From the NCBI RefSeq assembly GCF_009914755.1, contig NC_060929.1: 64,000 bases of DNA. One strand, 5' to 3'. This document shows positions 13,206 through 26,171 of the stretch, piece by piece. A program made the position numbers and the translations under genes. Below the pieces are notes generated by a model. That model was not told the origin of the DNA, ran no database searches, and worked only from the letters and a program-made list of their open reading frames with translations. This DNA is from the human T2T-CHM13v2.0 reference genome, Homo sapiens. Positions within the stretch are counted from its first letter, which is position 1. The number at the start of each line of letters is the position of its first letter.

Positions 13206-13816
13206 TGGCCTCATTTTTACTTCTCACAAGAAGTTCGTACTACATTATAAAAATCTTAAAGGCAAACATGTTTAGGCTAATATGTGTGTATATTCATGAG
13301 AGACTCCTGCTGACAGCTGCATGTGTTTACACTATTTTATATACTGGATCTTAATAAGATTACATAAGTGTTTCAATTTTTTACATACTTGCAATTTATC
13401 TTTATTAATGCAAGCAAAGTGAGTGAAATTAGGAAATTAATTATATTTTGACTTTTGTTCTATTTGGTTTATTTGATTTTATTATCAAAAAGTAAACAGC
13501 AGCTTGGCTGAGGGAGACATGATGAGAAGCACCCCTCTGGGCTATTCATACCATCAAACCTCTGAAATCCAAGAGCTGAGGACTGAAAATTTTGCATAAA
13601 AGCGTAGCAATATAAAGCATGCCATGCTTTAAAAGCTCATGTTGCCCGCATAAACCAACTTTTTTAAAAGAAGAAGCCTCAGATGAAACAATGAATTGAG
13701 ATTCAGGGTAAACTACTTCTGGCCAAGTTATTTCCAAATACTGGCAAAGGTATAGATTCCTCACTCACTGATTCAAATTTTAGAAAGAAGAAAGAATACA
13801 TAGAATATTAAATGAG

Positions 13817-13855
13817 CCTTGGGACCCATCCTTAGACCCACCATTATTTCTTCCA
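13817..13855 (+). repeat. 39-bp direct repeat, copy 1 (partner at 17289-17327)
   Basis: ccttgggacccatccttagacccacca[t/a]tatttcttcca, 38/39 identical. Confidence 0.9.
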
Positions 13856-15149
13856 TAATATAGAGCAGAGGAAAAGAATCAACATTAAGCCATTCCACAA
13901 GGTTCAGGGGTGAGTATTATTCCAGCTCCAGGTACATTGTGTTTTTGAAAATCCATCATACACTGTAGACATGACAATTGCTTTAAGTAGCATTTCCAGG
14001 GATGAAAATGACAAACACGCAGCCAGAAAGAGGGATAAGTCTTGAGAGCTATTTTGCTGTGTGCATATTGGAATTCAAACATCCAAAGAGGAGACCAGGA
14101 GGGTGGGGATTCCTTCATCTCACCTTTAGAGTTTTTGTTTTGTTTGCTTCTTTCTGATAATTCCTTCTTCCACGGTCTTGTCAAAGCTGCATTGTGTTAT
14201 TATCAGTTTGTTCTTGCTGCTGCTTGACCTGTTTCCTAACAATGTATAGTTGTCTGTACTTGTGGCAGGGAAAAGAGAAAAGGCACTTTTGTTGTTTTAA
14301 GCATTTCTTTAAAACATCTCTTAAAATCTTGTTCCCTCACCCCCAAATAAAATGTTGCAGTAAGACATTGTATAAGATAGCAAAAGAGTGATATTTGCTT
14401 TTTAGGCTCTTAGCTCAAGAAATAGGGCTGCTATTTTTTGTTTCAAGGCCAACTGCTTTGAATGTAGATCATTGAATAAGTCCCCCTCCTCTGAAATAAA
14501 AAGGAGACTGCATTTGTTTTATTTTCTAATACTAGGTTCTATCTATTATTATTTCTGTTGTCCTGTTCTGTTCAGCAACATGATTTTGACAGAGAATTAC
14601 CAGGGAAGACCGAATTCTCTTTTCCCAATTTGTTGTGTTTCTCTTTATTATTTCAAAAAACACATAATAATTTTTTTTACCTTCTTTCAGATTCCCCACT
14701 CCCAGTCGATTTATCCAGTGCAATTTCACTTTCTTTTTTAAGCTTACCACCAAACCAGTCATTCTTACAATCTTGCTGTCTGAATGCTACATCGCAGCCA
14801 ACAGGATTTTGTTTAGCCTGCACAGTGATTTTTTATTACTGAATTTGAATGGCTTTAGATGAGCAAGCTCCCCACTATGTACAACTACCTCACACCTGGC
14901 TGCTTCACATTGTTCTCGGAAGGAATCCTGGCAGTAAGAAGGAATCTAGCAAGAACAACTCTTGTATTGATCTTTTTTGTTGTTGTTCTGTTTGCACAAC
15001 TGCAAAAGAGAGTGTGTGGAATACTAGTGGAGATGCTGATTGTTTTGGTTTTGTTTCCTTTTTAAATTTTTTTCCCATTATAGTAAAATGAAATCTATCC
15101 CTTTTGGGAGATTTGAACAATGTATTTAAAAGTTAGGTGTTTTTCCATG

Positions 15150-15860
15150 GTAAGATACCATCTCACACCAGTCAGAATGGCTATTATTAAAAAGTCAAAA
15201 AATACCAGATGATGATGGGGCTGTGGAGAAAAGAGAACTCTTATACGCTGTTGGTGAGCATGTAAATTAGTTTATCCACTGTGGAAAGCAATTTGGGGAT
15301 TTCTCAAAGAACTAAAAATAGAACTACTATTTGACTCACCTGTAAACATTACTAAGTTTATACCCATAGGAAAATAAATCATTCTACCAATAAGAATACC
15401 TGCACTCATATATTTATTGCAGTAATACAATAGCAAACACATGGAATCAGCCTAGGTTCCCATCAATGGCGGATTGGGTAAAGAAACTGTGGAACATATA
15501 TACCATGGAATAGTACACAGCCATGAAAAAGAACAAAATTATGCCTTTTGCAGCAACGTGGATGCAGCTGCAGATCATTATTCTAAGTGAACTAATGCAG
15601 AAATAGAAAACCAAATATTGCATGTTCTTATTGATAATTGAGAGCTAAACATTGGCTAGTCATGGACATAAAGATGAGAACAATAGACACTTAGGGCTAC
15701 AAGAGTAGGGAGGGAGGAAGCCTTGAAAAACTACCTATTGGATATTATGCTCACAACATGGGTGACCCATTCCATTATACCCCATATCTCAGCATCACAC
15801 AGTATACCCTTATAACAAACCTGCACACGTACCTGAATCAAAAACAAAAGTTGAAAAGAA
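15150..15860 (+). mobile_element. 5'-truncated L1 (L1PA13-16/L1PB-like 3' end)
   Basis: gataccatctcacaccagtcagaatggctattattaaaaagtc...gaaaaactacctattgg...aacaaacctgcac; TSD aaagttaggtg(t/g)tttt near 15129 and 15859. Confidence 0.85.
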
Positions 15861-16897
15861 AGTTAGGTGGTTTTCATGTTTTATTTGCCAATATTTACCA
15901 TCTAACTTATGTACTACATCTTATCCTCCCAAAGACAAAAATCCTGACATATAACAAGTTTCTCATCCACTTAAAAGCTGTGTTCTGAGCTCTTGATATT
16001 TTGGCTCTGCCAGTTATAACTTCAGGATTCAAGAACTTTTCCTTAACAAGAACTAATTTTGTTCTTTTAACTTAAGGCTTCATAACAAGAAGAGTTGTTG
16101 GGAATGACAAAATATAATCTATAATATGTTTAGTAAACACTTAGGTGAAGTGTTTATCTGTAGATATGTAATATAGAGAGCTATAAACAAGGTACTAGTT
16201 GCATTGATACCCATTCTGTTTCATTAAGAAACTATTCACCCTCTTAACTAAGTCCACTTCCTCTTCTTTAATCACCTAGTTCTGAGTTATTGGCTGATTT
16301 TCAGTATTCCATTCCTTGAGGCCTCATTTAGCAAATCACTTCCTTAAATCATGGCTGTTTTACCCCCAAGCAGAGAGCTGTCACTTCACCTTTTCACAGG
16401 GAGACATGTTTAGACTTTGAGGGCTCATCATCATCAGATATATTCTCATCGTAGCAACTCCTCTTCTGAATTTGCTCTTTGAACAATGTTTGCAAAGCTA
16501 GACTAAGATGACTTTTTGCATACTGCCTACAACAGCTATCTGGTATTACCAATACGTTTAATTTTATGTGTGATCGTGTGGCATTGTAAAATATAAGAAG
16601 ACCATTCCCTGGCTACAGTCTCTCCCCTACTATTCAGATTTTTTTTCAGTTCATGTTTACCTTAATTATTTTATTATCACATACCACCTCACTGAAGCCA
16701 TCCAAAATGTTATTATTAATAAACCATTACTTATCAAGATTTTTAGGGACTTTATTTAAAACAATGCTTATAAATTATGAAATATTTGCTGAAGTGTATG
16801 TGTGATCATTTTTTATGTGTCTGTATATCCCAGATAAGGAATAAACAAAGGTAGAGGTAAAAACCACTATAAGTTAGATAAGGAAAGTCTGCTCAGA

Positions 16898-17449
16898 TGT
16901 ATCAGTTATCTATTGTTCTGTAACAAATTACCCCAAAACTTCATGGTTTAAAACAATAAACATTTAATAATTCTGACAGTCCTGTGGGTCAGAAATTTGG
17001 GAGTGCATTAATGGGGCAGATCTGGCTCAGGGCCTTTCATGAGGTGGCAGTCAAGACATCTGCCCCAGCTGAGGTCATCTGAAGGCTTGACTGTGGCAGG
17101 GAGAATCATTTTTCTGGGTAGCTTAATTAAAATGACTGGCAAGTTGATGTTGGCTGTTGGCAGGCAGCTTAAGGTTTTCCCTGCTGGAGTCCCTCCATGG
17201 GTTGTTTGAATGTCCTTATGACATAGCTTGCATCCACCAAAGCAGCGGAGTCAAGAGAAAAGAAGAAGACATCTCTTCTATGACCCAACCTTGGGACCCA
17301 TCCTTAGACCCACCAATATTTCTTCCACATTCTGCTCTTTAAAAGTGATTCACTAAGCCCAGCCCACATTAAAGCAGAGAAAGATTAGGCTCTGCCTTTG
17401 GAAGGAGGAAGTGCCAAAGAATTTGTGAGCATATTTAAAAACTACTACA
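16898..17449 (-). mobile_element. ERVL-MaLR solo LTR (MLT1F/G/H-like)
   Basis: tgtatcagttatctattg...aacaaattacccc...catctgaaggcttgactg...aaagaatttgtgagcatatttaaaaactactaca. Confidence 0.8.
17289..17327 (+). repeat. 39-bp direct repeat, copy 2, embedded in the MLT1 LTR
   Basis: 38/39 identical to 13817-13855. Confidence 0.9.
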
Positions 17450-17794
17450 CCATATTTCTGTAATGGCTAAGTTTTATGATATCCATATATTCCACAAATT
17501 GAGGTGGATTGTCAATGTTTGTCTTTACCATTCTCAAAATGTGATCAGAAGGCCACCGAGAGAGGCAAGGTTCCTCAGTTACATAAAATGGTCTCAGGTT
17601 GGACGATATTATCTGGATTTTCATGCTGTGTGTTTCTGTCCTAGCTTCCCAAATTGGCTGTTATACTTAATAGAACTAAAACCATTGATTGATTGGTGTC
17701 ATACATAAAACAATTCCAGTCTTCCTTATTCATTTGGGTAAGTGGTCGTTTTTAAAAAGAAAGCAGAAACATGACTAGGTCAGTAGCTTATAAA

Positions 17795-17965
17795 CATGAA
17801 TTTTGCATATGACTCACCTGGAGCTTTTTTAAAAACAAACATTTCTGGGCACTAGCCCAGATGTACTCAATCATGAGTTCTAGGGAATGGATCCCTGGGA
17901 ATTGTGTGCTTTTTTAAGTTCGGGGTGATTCTGATATAGCCAGTTAGAAAAGTTGGAACAACTGC
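17795..17965. mobile_element. MER5-like hAT-Charlie MITE
   Basis: tcacctggagcttttttaaaaa...ttctgggcac...ggtgattctgatatagccag...ttggaacaactg. Confidence 0.6.
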
Positions 17966-18838
17966 TATACACAACGAAATCTAAAAAGCACTCGAAAAGG
18001 ACAACACCAAGCAAAAGGGAAATCATTGGCACCCTCATGATAATCAACATTATTTTGCTTTCAGAAAAGGCTGGGTCTGGGTTTCTAGGCACTTTCCCAC
18101 ACCAGCCCCAACTGACAAGGACAGTCTGGTTCTGTAGCTGCATCCCCAAAGGCAGTAACACCGGGGCCGCCACAGTGGTAAGCTCACTGGCCCAGAAATG
18201 CATTTGTTCACGCTTTCCCGAAGACAATGACTCTCTTTCTGATTAGAGTTGTCCTCCCTTTTACCCAGAGGCTTTCCATGCAACCAAGGGAGCATAACAA
18301 TGACATGAGGGCTTGGAAAGGAAATGTCTTCATTGATTTTTATTTCATGAATTGGAGCCTCTATAAAAATGGCAAAGACATGTTTTACAGTGTCAATTTG
18401 TGGAATGGAGGGGAGGACTGTTAAAACCCATCCATTTTCCAAAAGTTTAAACCACTCTAATGAATTAATCCATAGATAATGGATTGAATTCAGTGCAATT
18501 ACCCTAGTAAGTAAGGCTTGTTAAAAAGAGATAAGGCAACACACTAAAGAAAACAGCAATTTCAGCTATTAACTGGATTTCATCTGGGCTCTGATAATTC
18601 AGTATATGAGTTCCCTTTGAAAAGAGAGAATGTGAGGTCCTATTATCAATGTAGCTACCAGATACTAGAGTTCACCTGCTGATATTAAACTGCAGAAAAA
18701 GACCATAAGATGATAATTCTGACAACCATTTTCCCAATAACCTCAAGATATCTAGGATGTATATTTGATACACCCCAGTAAGTCTTTATAAATACAAGGC
18801 TTTGATTCCTTAAGACAGGAAGCTCATTTTTGTTTTGA

Positions 18839-19143
<305 letters not shown>

Positions 19144-19899
19144 GACTCTACTTCTTATGAATTTAAATTATCCTAGTTACATACAGAGAGATCCACATTA
19201 TTTTGAATAAACTGCTAAAAGGAAAGCCTCAATGGGTATTACATAAAGTAAGGATAATCACAAGTATATTTTGTGTTTGTAAAGAACTTTACGGTAGAAC
19301 GGCAGTGTCTTTCCGGATTATGCTTCACATAGCAAATCTCTGTGTCCAGGCATCAGAAGGAGTTTAACACCAAGCCTTAGTCCTCAGAAGGTTGCTGTCA
19401 CCAACTTGAAACCTGAGTTCTAAGAGCTCATGTGCATTTATCTTCCAGTTCTTACTCCTGGCACTGTATTCAGGTCTTCAGCCCTCTTCTGTCGTCGTTG
19501 CTTTTTTCTTCCTAAAGCTGGTCAGTGACGTCTCTGTTTTGCACGTTCCTGTTATGTGGATCATTCCAAAGACATTGTGGTCATATTCTCCCTGCCCTAT
19601 TCAAAAATCTCCAGTTATTTCAATTCCTGATAGGTGTGACCCAGAGGCCACAGCATAACGTTGAAGGTCCTCTGTTGTCTAGTTTTCCTCACATTTTCAA
19701 CATTCGGTTCCATTCTCTTCCCTCGTGGTATTATGCTTTGTATGTTGACTCCTCCTTCTTCATGATCAGGGATTTCTCTTACTGTGATAGTGTTCTACCT
19801 CCTAAAACTATATTACAGGCCCCTGTCAGTACCTCTTCCTTTCTCTCCTGTCATAGCCACTGATTCCCTCCACCTCTGAGTTCCTATGGTAGTGGAAAT

Positions 19900-20710
19900 C
19901 AGGATGACACAGTACAAGGTGGTATAGAGAATGTGGGACTTAGGATGAGCTGGCCTGATCCAAATCCTGCCTGTAATACTTGATAATTTTATACTTTTGG
20001 ACAAATAACCTCTCTGTCTTCCGTTTCATTTGTAAGCATAAGGTAATACCTGCCTTTTAAGAATACCTTGCAGTTGAGGATAAAGAAAGACTTTAGCACA
20101 GTGTTACTATTGCTAATATTCTGCAGTTGACCATTCATTCTTACTTTCTTTATTACTCATTGACTTTTTAGCTGTGTATTGCTTGCATTGTTTTCCGAAT
20201 ACATTGGCAACCACCTGAAAGAAGCTTGTCCCTTTGGCCACAGTCAAATCTGGAATAGAGCCTTACATAAATTAATGATAATTATCATAATTTATTAAGT
20301 GCTTACTGTAAGTCAGGTACTAAGCTATATTAACCCCCAAACAATCTTTGAAGTGAATTCTGTTATCATCACCATTTTCCACATTAGAAAAGTTGGGCTT
20401 AGAAATCCAAGGTTTCATAGCATATGTGTGGTAGAACAAGACGTTGAACCAGGTCAAAAGGTTTAGTGTTAACATTTTGACTTCTAGAAGAAAAAGAGAG
20501 ACCTAGGTTCAAATCCTGGTTTACTACTTTCTAGATCTGTGACATTAGGTGAATTTCTTAATGTCTACATGCCTCGGTTTTCTTTTCTGTAAAATGAGGC
20601 TATTAATAGTGCTTACTTCCTAGGGTTTTTCTGAAGATTAAATGAGATAATCCATGATAAACTACTTGGCATGTTTGAAAGGCTCTGTAAATGCTATTCA
20701 TTAATACTTA
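19900..20710. mobile_element. Cluster of three MIR fragments (about 19900-20110 +, 20280-20460 -, 20500-20710 +)
   Basis: MIR cores ttggacaaataacctctctg; atttattaagtgcttact...ccattttcc; gacctaggttcaaatcctgg...ctgtaaaatgagg...gattaaatgagataa. Confidence 0.7.
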
Positions 20711-21156
20711 TTTATTATGTCTATAAAACTTGTACACTTAAATCTCATGCACAATGCCATGTTGGTACATATTTTCCAATTGATTATTTTTATATCACTG
20801 TCTCTCTGGACCAAAACAGTTGAAATAATTCATAGAAAATCCAGGACTGAGCAGGTACATGAATTGACTTCACACTAGAACATAAAGCAAGATAGTGTTT
20901 TCAAACTCTGAACACTTTCAAGGCTTACTGATGGAGTGATAATAACATTCCATACTCACCTTGTAGTGTCCAGTAAATACATATGTTTGGTTTTCTCAGT
21001 GTTATAGAGAGAGTCAACTACATTAAAGTAATACACCTCCCTGGGATTTGAGGAAATTATTGCACTTCTTGTGCCTTATGACACCACCCAGAGTGTGTTA
21101 TAATCACCCAGAAAGGCACTGCTTGTTGTATCTTGTTGCGTGATTCATTATCTAGT

Positions 21157-21227
21157 AGAAAGAAGGAGAAGGAGGAGGAGGAGGGGGGAAAGAGGAGGAA
21201 GAGGAGGAGAAAGAGGAAGAGGGGAAA
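21157..21227. repeat. GA-rich homopurine tract
   Basis: agaaagaaggagaaggaggaggaggaggggggaaagaggaggaagaggaggagaaagaggaagaggggaaa. Confidence 0.9.
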
Positions 21228-21255
21228 TGGAACAATGCTGTGGGAAATCCAAGTA

Positions 21256-21864
21256 GAGCAGTCCTCCCTTACCCTCAGGAAATACGTTTCAAGACTTCCA
21301 GTGGGTGCGGGAAATGGACAGTACCAAACCCTATATGTACAATGCACATATTTCTTTTTTCTTCTTCATAATTTTATGGATAGAATTATTCTTACCTTAC
21401 GTCTTAGCAGCCTCAGCATCCTTTTTTTTTTTTCCGTTATTAAGTGGAGCACTTTTACTTTTTTACTTAGAAGAAACACTTTATGGCTTCTTTTGGCATA
21501 TCCGAATTACCAGCATCACAACTCTTGTGCTTTGGGGCCATTATCAGGTAGAATAGGGTTACCTGAACACAAGCACTGTGACACCCTACAGTGGATCTGG
21601 TAACTGAGATGGCTACTACCTGACAGATGGGTGGAAAGCATTAGCAGCTTGGATATGCTGGATGAAGGGATGACCCACCTCTGCAGTGGGATGAGGCAGG
21701 ACAGCATGGGATTTTATCACAGGATTCATAATAATGTTACACAATTTAAAGCTTATAAACTGCTTATTTTTCGAATTTTTCATTTAGTATTTTCAGACCA
21801 CTATTGAGCACAGGTAACTGAAACTGCACGAAGTGAAATTGCCGCAAATAAGGGGGGAGTTATA
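21256..21864. mobile_element. MER44-like (Tigger7-derived, TcMar) non-autonomous DNA transposon
   Basis: Degenerate TIRs cagtcctccctta...taaggggggag, internal ggatatgctggatgaagggatga and caatttaaagcttataaactgcttattt, TA at the flanks. Confidence 0.85.
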
Positions 21865-22297
21865 TACACTCCTTTGAGGGATTTTGAGGGTCTGGGCAAT
21901 ATATGGTGATTTTTATGACTGTTGATCTCAAAAAAGTCTCCAGTGGAACTCCCATATTTCTCAAAGCATTTATTCTTTAAAATGCAATAACCATTTATAA
22001 TATATTTAAAGCCAAACTGGATCAGTAATCTAGGAATATAACATCTAAGAGTGTCACTACTCAGAAGGGAAATTAACACAGGAGAGATACTTGGAGCTAT
22101 ATCTGTGCATAGCTTTTCTCTCCTGGGAAAGCCCCAGAGTGGGAAATTGTCACCTGAGGCAAAATTATACAGAAGATTGATTTATTTTCAGTCCACCTAG
22201 GAAAGAGCTCCCCAGTATCCTCATGTACCCAACCGGGTTTTGGACCACTGGCAGAGATTGTTCCTCTATTGTAGGATATATGGTTGTTATATATATC

Positions 22298-22850
22298 CAT
22301 TCATTCATTTGGCAGTTATACATTGAGTGTCTACCGTGTGCGATATGCTTGTGCCTTTGGGCCTGCCACAGCTGAATCTGGAATCGAACTCGTGGCAGTT
22401 TAAGATTTAAGAAAGATGAGATCCCTGCCCTCTTGTCGCTTGCATTACAGTTGAGAAAAAAAAAGTCAGTAAGCTTGGCGATAAGTAAACACAATTACTT
22501 CAGCTAGTGATTTGAGCTGTGATAAAAAAAGATAATGAAATAATAAAACGAAGAGAGGCAGGCAAATGGGGCTATTTCACGGCAGATGGTCTGGGTACAG
22601 CACACTCACTGAGAGTGTGACATTTGAGCCAAGGCTTGAACTTGGTGCCAGCCATATAAAGACCTGGAGTGTTCTCGGCAGAGAAAATAGCTACAATGAA
22701 GGTCTTAGTATAGAACCTGTTGGGCGTGTCCAGAAATAGAAGTTGGATGTGGCTGAAGCATAGGGAGTAAGGAGCAGTGGGTAGAGTAGCTGGTGCAGGC
22801 AGGGGCCAGCTTATGTAAGTCGTGCAGGCCTTAGCATGGAATGTGAGCGA
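22298..22850 (-). mobile_element. L2 LINE 3' fragment
   Basis: cattcattcatt...cattgagtgtctaccgtgtgc...gtgacatttgagccaaggcttgaa...gtgtccagaaatagaagttggatgtggctgaagcatag. Confidence 0.7.
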
Positions 22851-22869
22851 ACTCATGACTGCTCCTCCA

Positions 22870-23300
22870 ATGTGGAGTTCTTAAAAGCACAGAAATGAGC
22901 TGTCGCTGAGCATGTACCATATTCCTACTACTGTTCCACACAAGACTCACCTCACTTCCTCTAAGCATGCTCTCACTAGACCTCACCCCCCTGGGCTTTG
23001 CCTATTCTATTTATTTTGCAAATGTTGCTTTAAACTTCACTTCCTTAGAAAAGCCCTCCCTGACCCCTCGACTCCCCACCCTCAGGCAAGGCTAGGACAC
23101 CTGCCACACACTCTCATAAATACTTTACCCTTTTTAATCATAGCCCAGATTGTGGATTATGATTATGTCTTTGATTATTTATTTGCCCCTCTCTCTTGAT
23201 TGTGAGCACTGTGAGGTCAGGAATTGGGTCAGTTTTGGTCGCTGTTATTCTCTCAGCCCCTGCCATGATGCCTGGCACCTAGAACCTAGTCAGCAAATAC
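22870..23300 (+). mobile_element. L2 LINE 3' fragment
   Basis: cacttccttagaaaagccctccctgacc...gattgtgagcactgtgaggtcagg...tgcctggcacctag. Confidence 0.7.
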
Positions 23301-24715
23301 CAAACTTCTTGATCCTGGTGGTATGTTCACTGCCCCAAGAAAGTGAATGTCAGTGGGTCTGATTCTGCCATCTCACATCTGCAGCAATCCTGTGGGGGTT
23401 TTAAACAGTCCCTGTAGATGTTGCTTTTTACCCAGCCTCTCAGCGACCCAGTAGGGCCCACCTGAGAGGGCTGTAGAGGCTTCCTGTTGAGTTGGGCTTG
23501 ACATGGAAAGTCTGTCCCATAAGTATTACAAGTTATCATGGGCCATGATAGTGTCTATGGAGCAAAGCATCTTGGATCCAAATATATCAGGTTACCCCTC
23601 AAGAAAAAGGAAGTTCTTAGAGAAAATTGTTCTACATGCCTTGGGAATAAATTAGTCTATTACAAAATATGTGAATACATATAAATATAATAAAATGCCA
23701 AAGTGACACTGGAAAAATCAATAATTCTACTCAGCACTACATATTAAATCAGCTCTTTAATACATATTTCTAAGGCAGCCATTGCCGCCATATTTAAATC
23801 TACCCAGTTGAGAGACATAAGTCAATTGTGAATCCCACAGCGATTAAGTTTTTTACCCGTTAATTTCAAAGCAGTTTGTTTATTTTGTTGCTTTACTTTG
23901 GACTTCATTTGGAGCACACCAGTATAGGTGACTGGTATACACACTAGGAAAATTCACACACACACACCATGCACATACATGGAACATGTGTGTGTGTGAG
24001 GTAGCTTTAGTACCCAGCACAGTATCTGGCACAAAGTAGGCACTATGTAGCTATTTTTATTCAACATATCTTAAAAAAAATACTCCATGAAAGGAAATGC
24101 CCTGCTCTCGATCACACTGCCAAAAATAAAACACAAACAAACAAACATAAGTTTAGATGACTTGGCAAACATGTTTTATTGCTTTAAAGTGTGGTTTCTC
24201 TGTCATGATTTCGTATCATTTTCTGAAGTAAAATGAACAGAGTTGATATGTTATGAGTAAGGAGTAGCAGAGGGAGAAATTGAGAACACTTGCAAGACTC
24301 CTAGATTTTGTACTAAACAACATCAGTGAAAGAGCAAATCTATGAGAAAGTTTAATTTTGGATGTTTTGAGTTTGAAGTATTGCTGATATATCTATATGG
24401 AGATGTCTGGGAGGCAGTGGCTTAAGTTAGAAGATAGAGTTAAATATTTGAGATCCAGGAGTTGGTAGTAAATACAGCCACAGCGAAGCTAACAATGCAG
24501 AACCTGAGGAGGTTCGCTAAGTAACTCAGAGGCACATAGATTTATCAGACATGGCCCCTCTGTTCAAGGAGTTTACATTCCTTTCAGGTTGACAAGATAT
24601 ACTTGTCAACACTTGCAAGTTCAAAGTTTTGAGAAGAATAAATGATTAAGGTTAGAATAGTTGCCACAGGCTTCCAGAAAAAAAAAATTAAGACTTGAAT
24701 TAGCCCTTGAAAACG

Positions 24716-24763
24716 GAGTGGAATTTGGAGAGGAAAATTTTCAGAAGACATTCAGGGATAATT
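24716..24763 (+). repeat. ~47-bp direct repeat, copy 1 (partner at 26125-26171)
   Basis: gagtggaatttggagaggaaaattttcagaagacattcagggataatt versus gagtggaattggagaggaaaggttttagaggacattcagggataatt. Confidence 0.7.
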
Positions 24764-26124
24764 GGAGCAAATCAGTCAAAATATTCTTGAAAACACATGG
24801 CAAATGCTGGATTTAATCCAAGCTAATTTTACTTCATAATATCAGGTAGAGTTTCATCTAAAGCTCTCCAAGTGTTAGCTTAAGGGATCTTTCTAAAGCA
24901 GAACTGAATTGGTGGAAGCAATCAACCTAACAGATTAGTTGTAGCCCTCTTTTCCCTTCCTCCCTTTCTCCCTCTTTTCTTTTTTTCCTTCCATCTTTAT
25001 AATAATATTGACTAATCACCTTATGTGACCCAGGCACTATACCCTCCTATATAGGTGCAATTCTACAAAAGAAATTAATCAATAGAAAACTGTGCCTGGA
25101 AATATATCTTAAAGAATGTAGCAGATTACTTTGCAGTCCCTATGTGAAGGGCAGTATTTTTTATTACCAACAGCCATTTTGCTTTGGTTCATTGGTTCAA
25201 ACCCAAGAGAGAAATTTCCTTCTGTTATCAGGAATGGTTGGGCGTTTCCTGAGCAACTGGTTTGTTTCTGTATTATGAATACCATGGGTGTTGTAACTGT
25301 GTGTGCTTCCTCTTTAAATTAGTTGTGGAAAACTTGGGCTTGGGAACAAATTTGCGGCTAAGATGTACTGAATCATAAACTGCAGGGTTGGGACAAGGGA
25401 TTCAAAAAATCTCAACAAGTGATGCTCATGATTCAATGAACTTAAAAACCATGGCTTTTGTTTCTGTTTTTAAGAAACAGTTTTGTAATGACTGTTTGGC
25501 CAGTGACTGCATTCCAATATAGCCCCAGGAAGCATGTCCAGTTTGCAATCACAAGCAAGGAATTCTTCTGATATTTGGCATAGAATTTGCAAGTAAGTTC
25601 AATTGTAAAATTCCATAAGGTTAGAGAAGAGTTCTAGAAAGTTAGGAATTCTCTATTTGTAGTTTTAGGGTGTACTTAAAAGAATTGCAGTTATTTACGT
25701 TAGTATTTCTTGTTATATCAAGCACAAAGAAGGTGCTCCATAAATATCTGAAGAACTTAACTGATTTTTTTTTTTTTTTTTGAGAGAGAGACTCAGAAAA
25801 GTTAAATGACTCAATCAAGGTCATTCAACTACTTAGATGCAGAAACCACTGCTGGTGCTAGGACTCACATTTTTGATTCATAGTCCAATGTTCTCTCTGC
25901 AGTACCAGCTCCATAAAGAAAATTGATGGCTCTGTAAATAAAGCTTCTTTTTTTTTTTTAACCACGTACTTAAGCTTAAGCAATCCCATCTGAATCCCCT
26001 TAGTTCCCTAGCTTACTCAGCCAGGGTGAAACTGTTAAACAAACCTTCAGTCTACTCAGAGCAGTCATTCATTTGTCCTCAAAAACCTTTTCTTTACTTT
26101 TTTTATGGCTACAATCATAGAGAT

Positions 26125-26171
26125 GAGTGGAATTGGAGAGGAAAGGTTTTAGAGGACATTCAGGGATAATT
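26125..26171 (+). repeat. ~47-bp direct repeat, copy 2
   Basis: About 89% identical to 24716-24763 (4 substitutions, 1 gap). Confidence 0.7.

Noticed and set aside
17880-18442. Overlapping 97-130 aa ORFs on both strands
   Set aside because: No domain similarity recognised, no clear exon boundaries, partly within a MER5-like element
21133-21603. 156-aa ORF with an NLS-like K/R/E run
   Set aside because: Produced by the purine tract plus non-coding MER44 sequence; non-ATG start
22298-23300. Oppositely oriented L2 pair as a miR-28/151-type hairpin
   Set aside because: The tails point outward rather than meeting, and the copies are too diverged to pair
25765-25800. T17 followed by gaga, resembling the start of a reverse Alu
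   Set aside because: No Alu body follows; it is an expanded T-run within a MIR fragment
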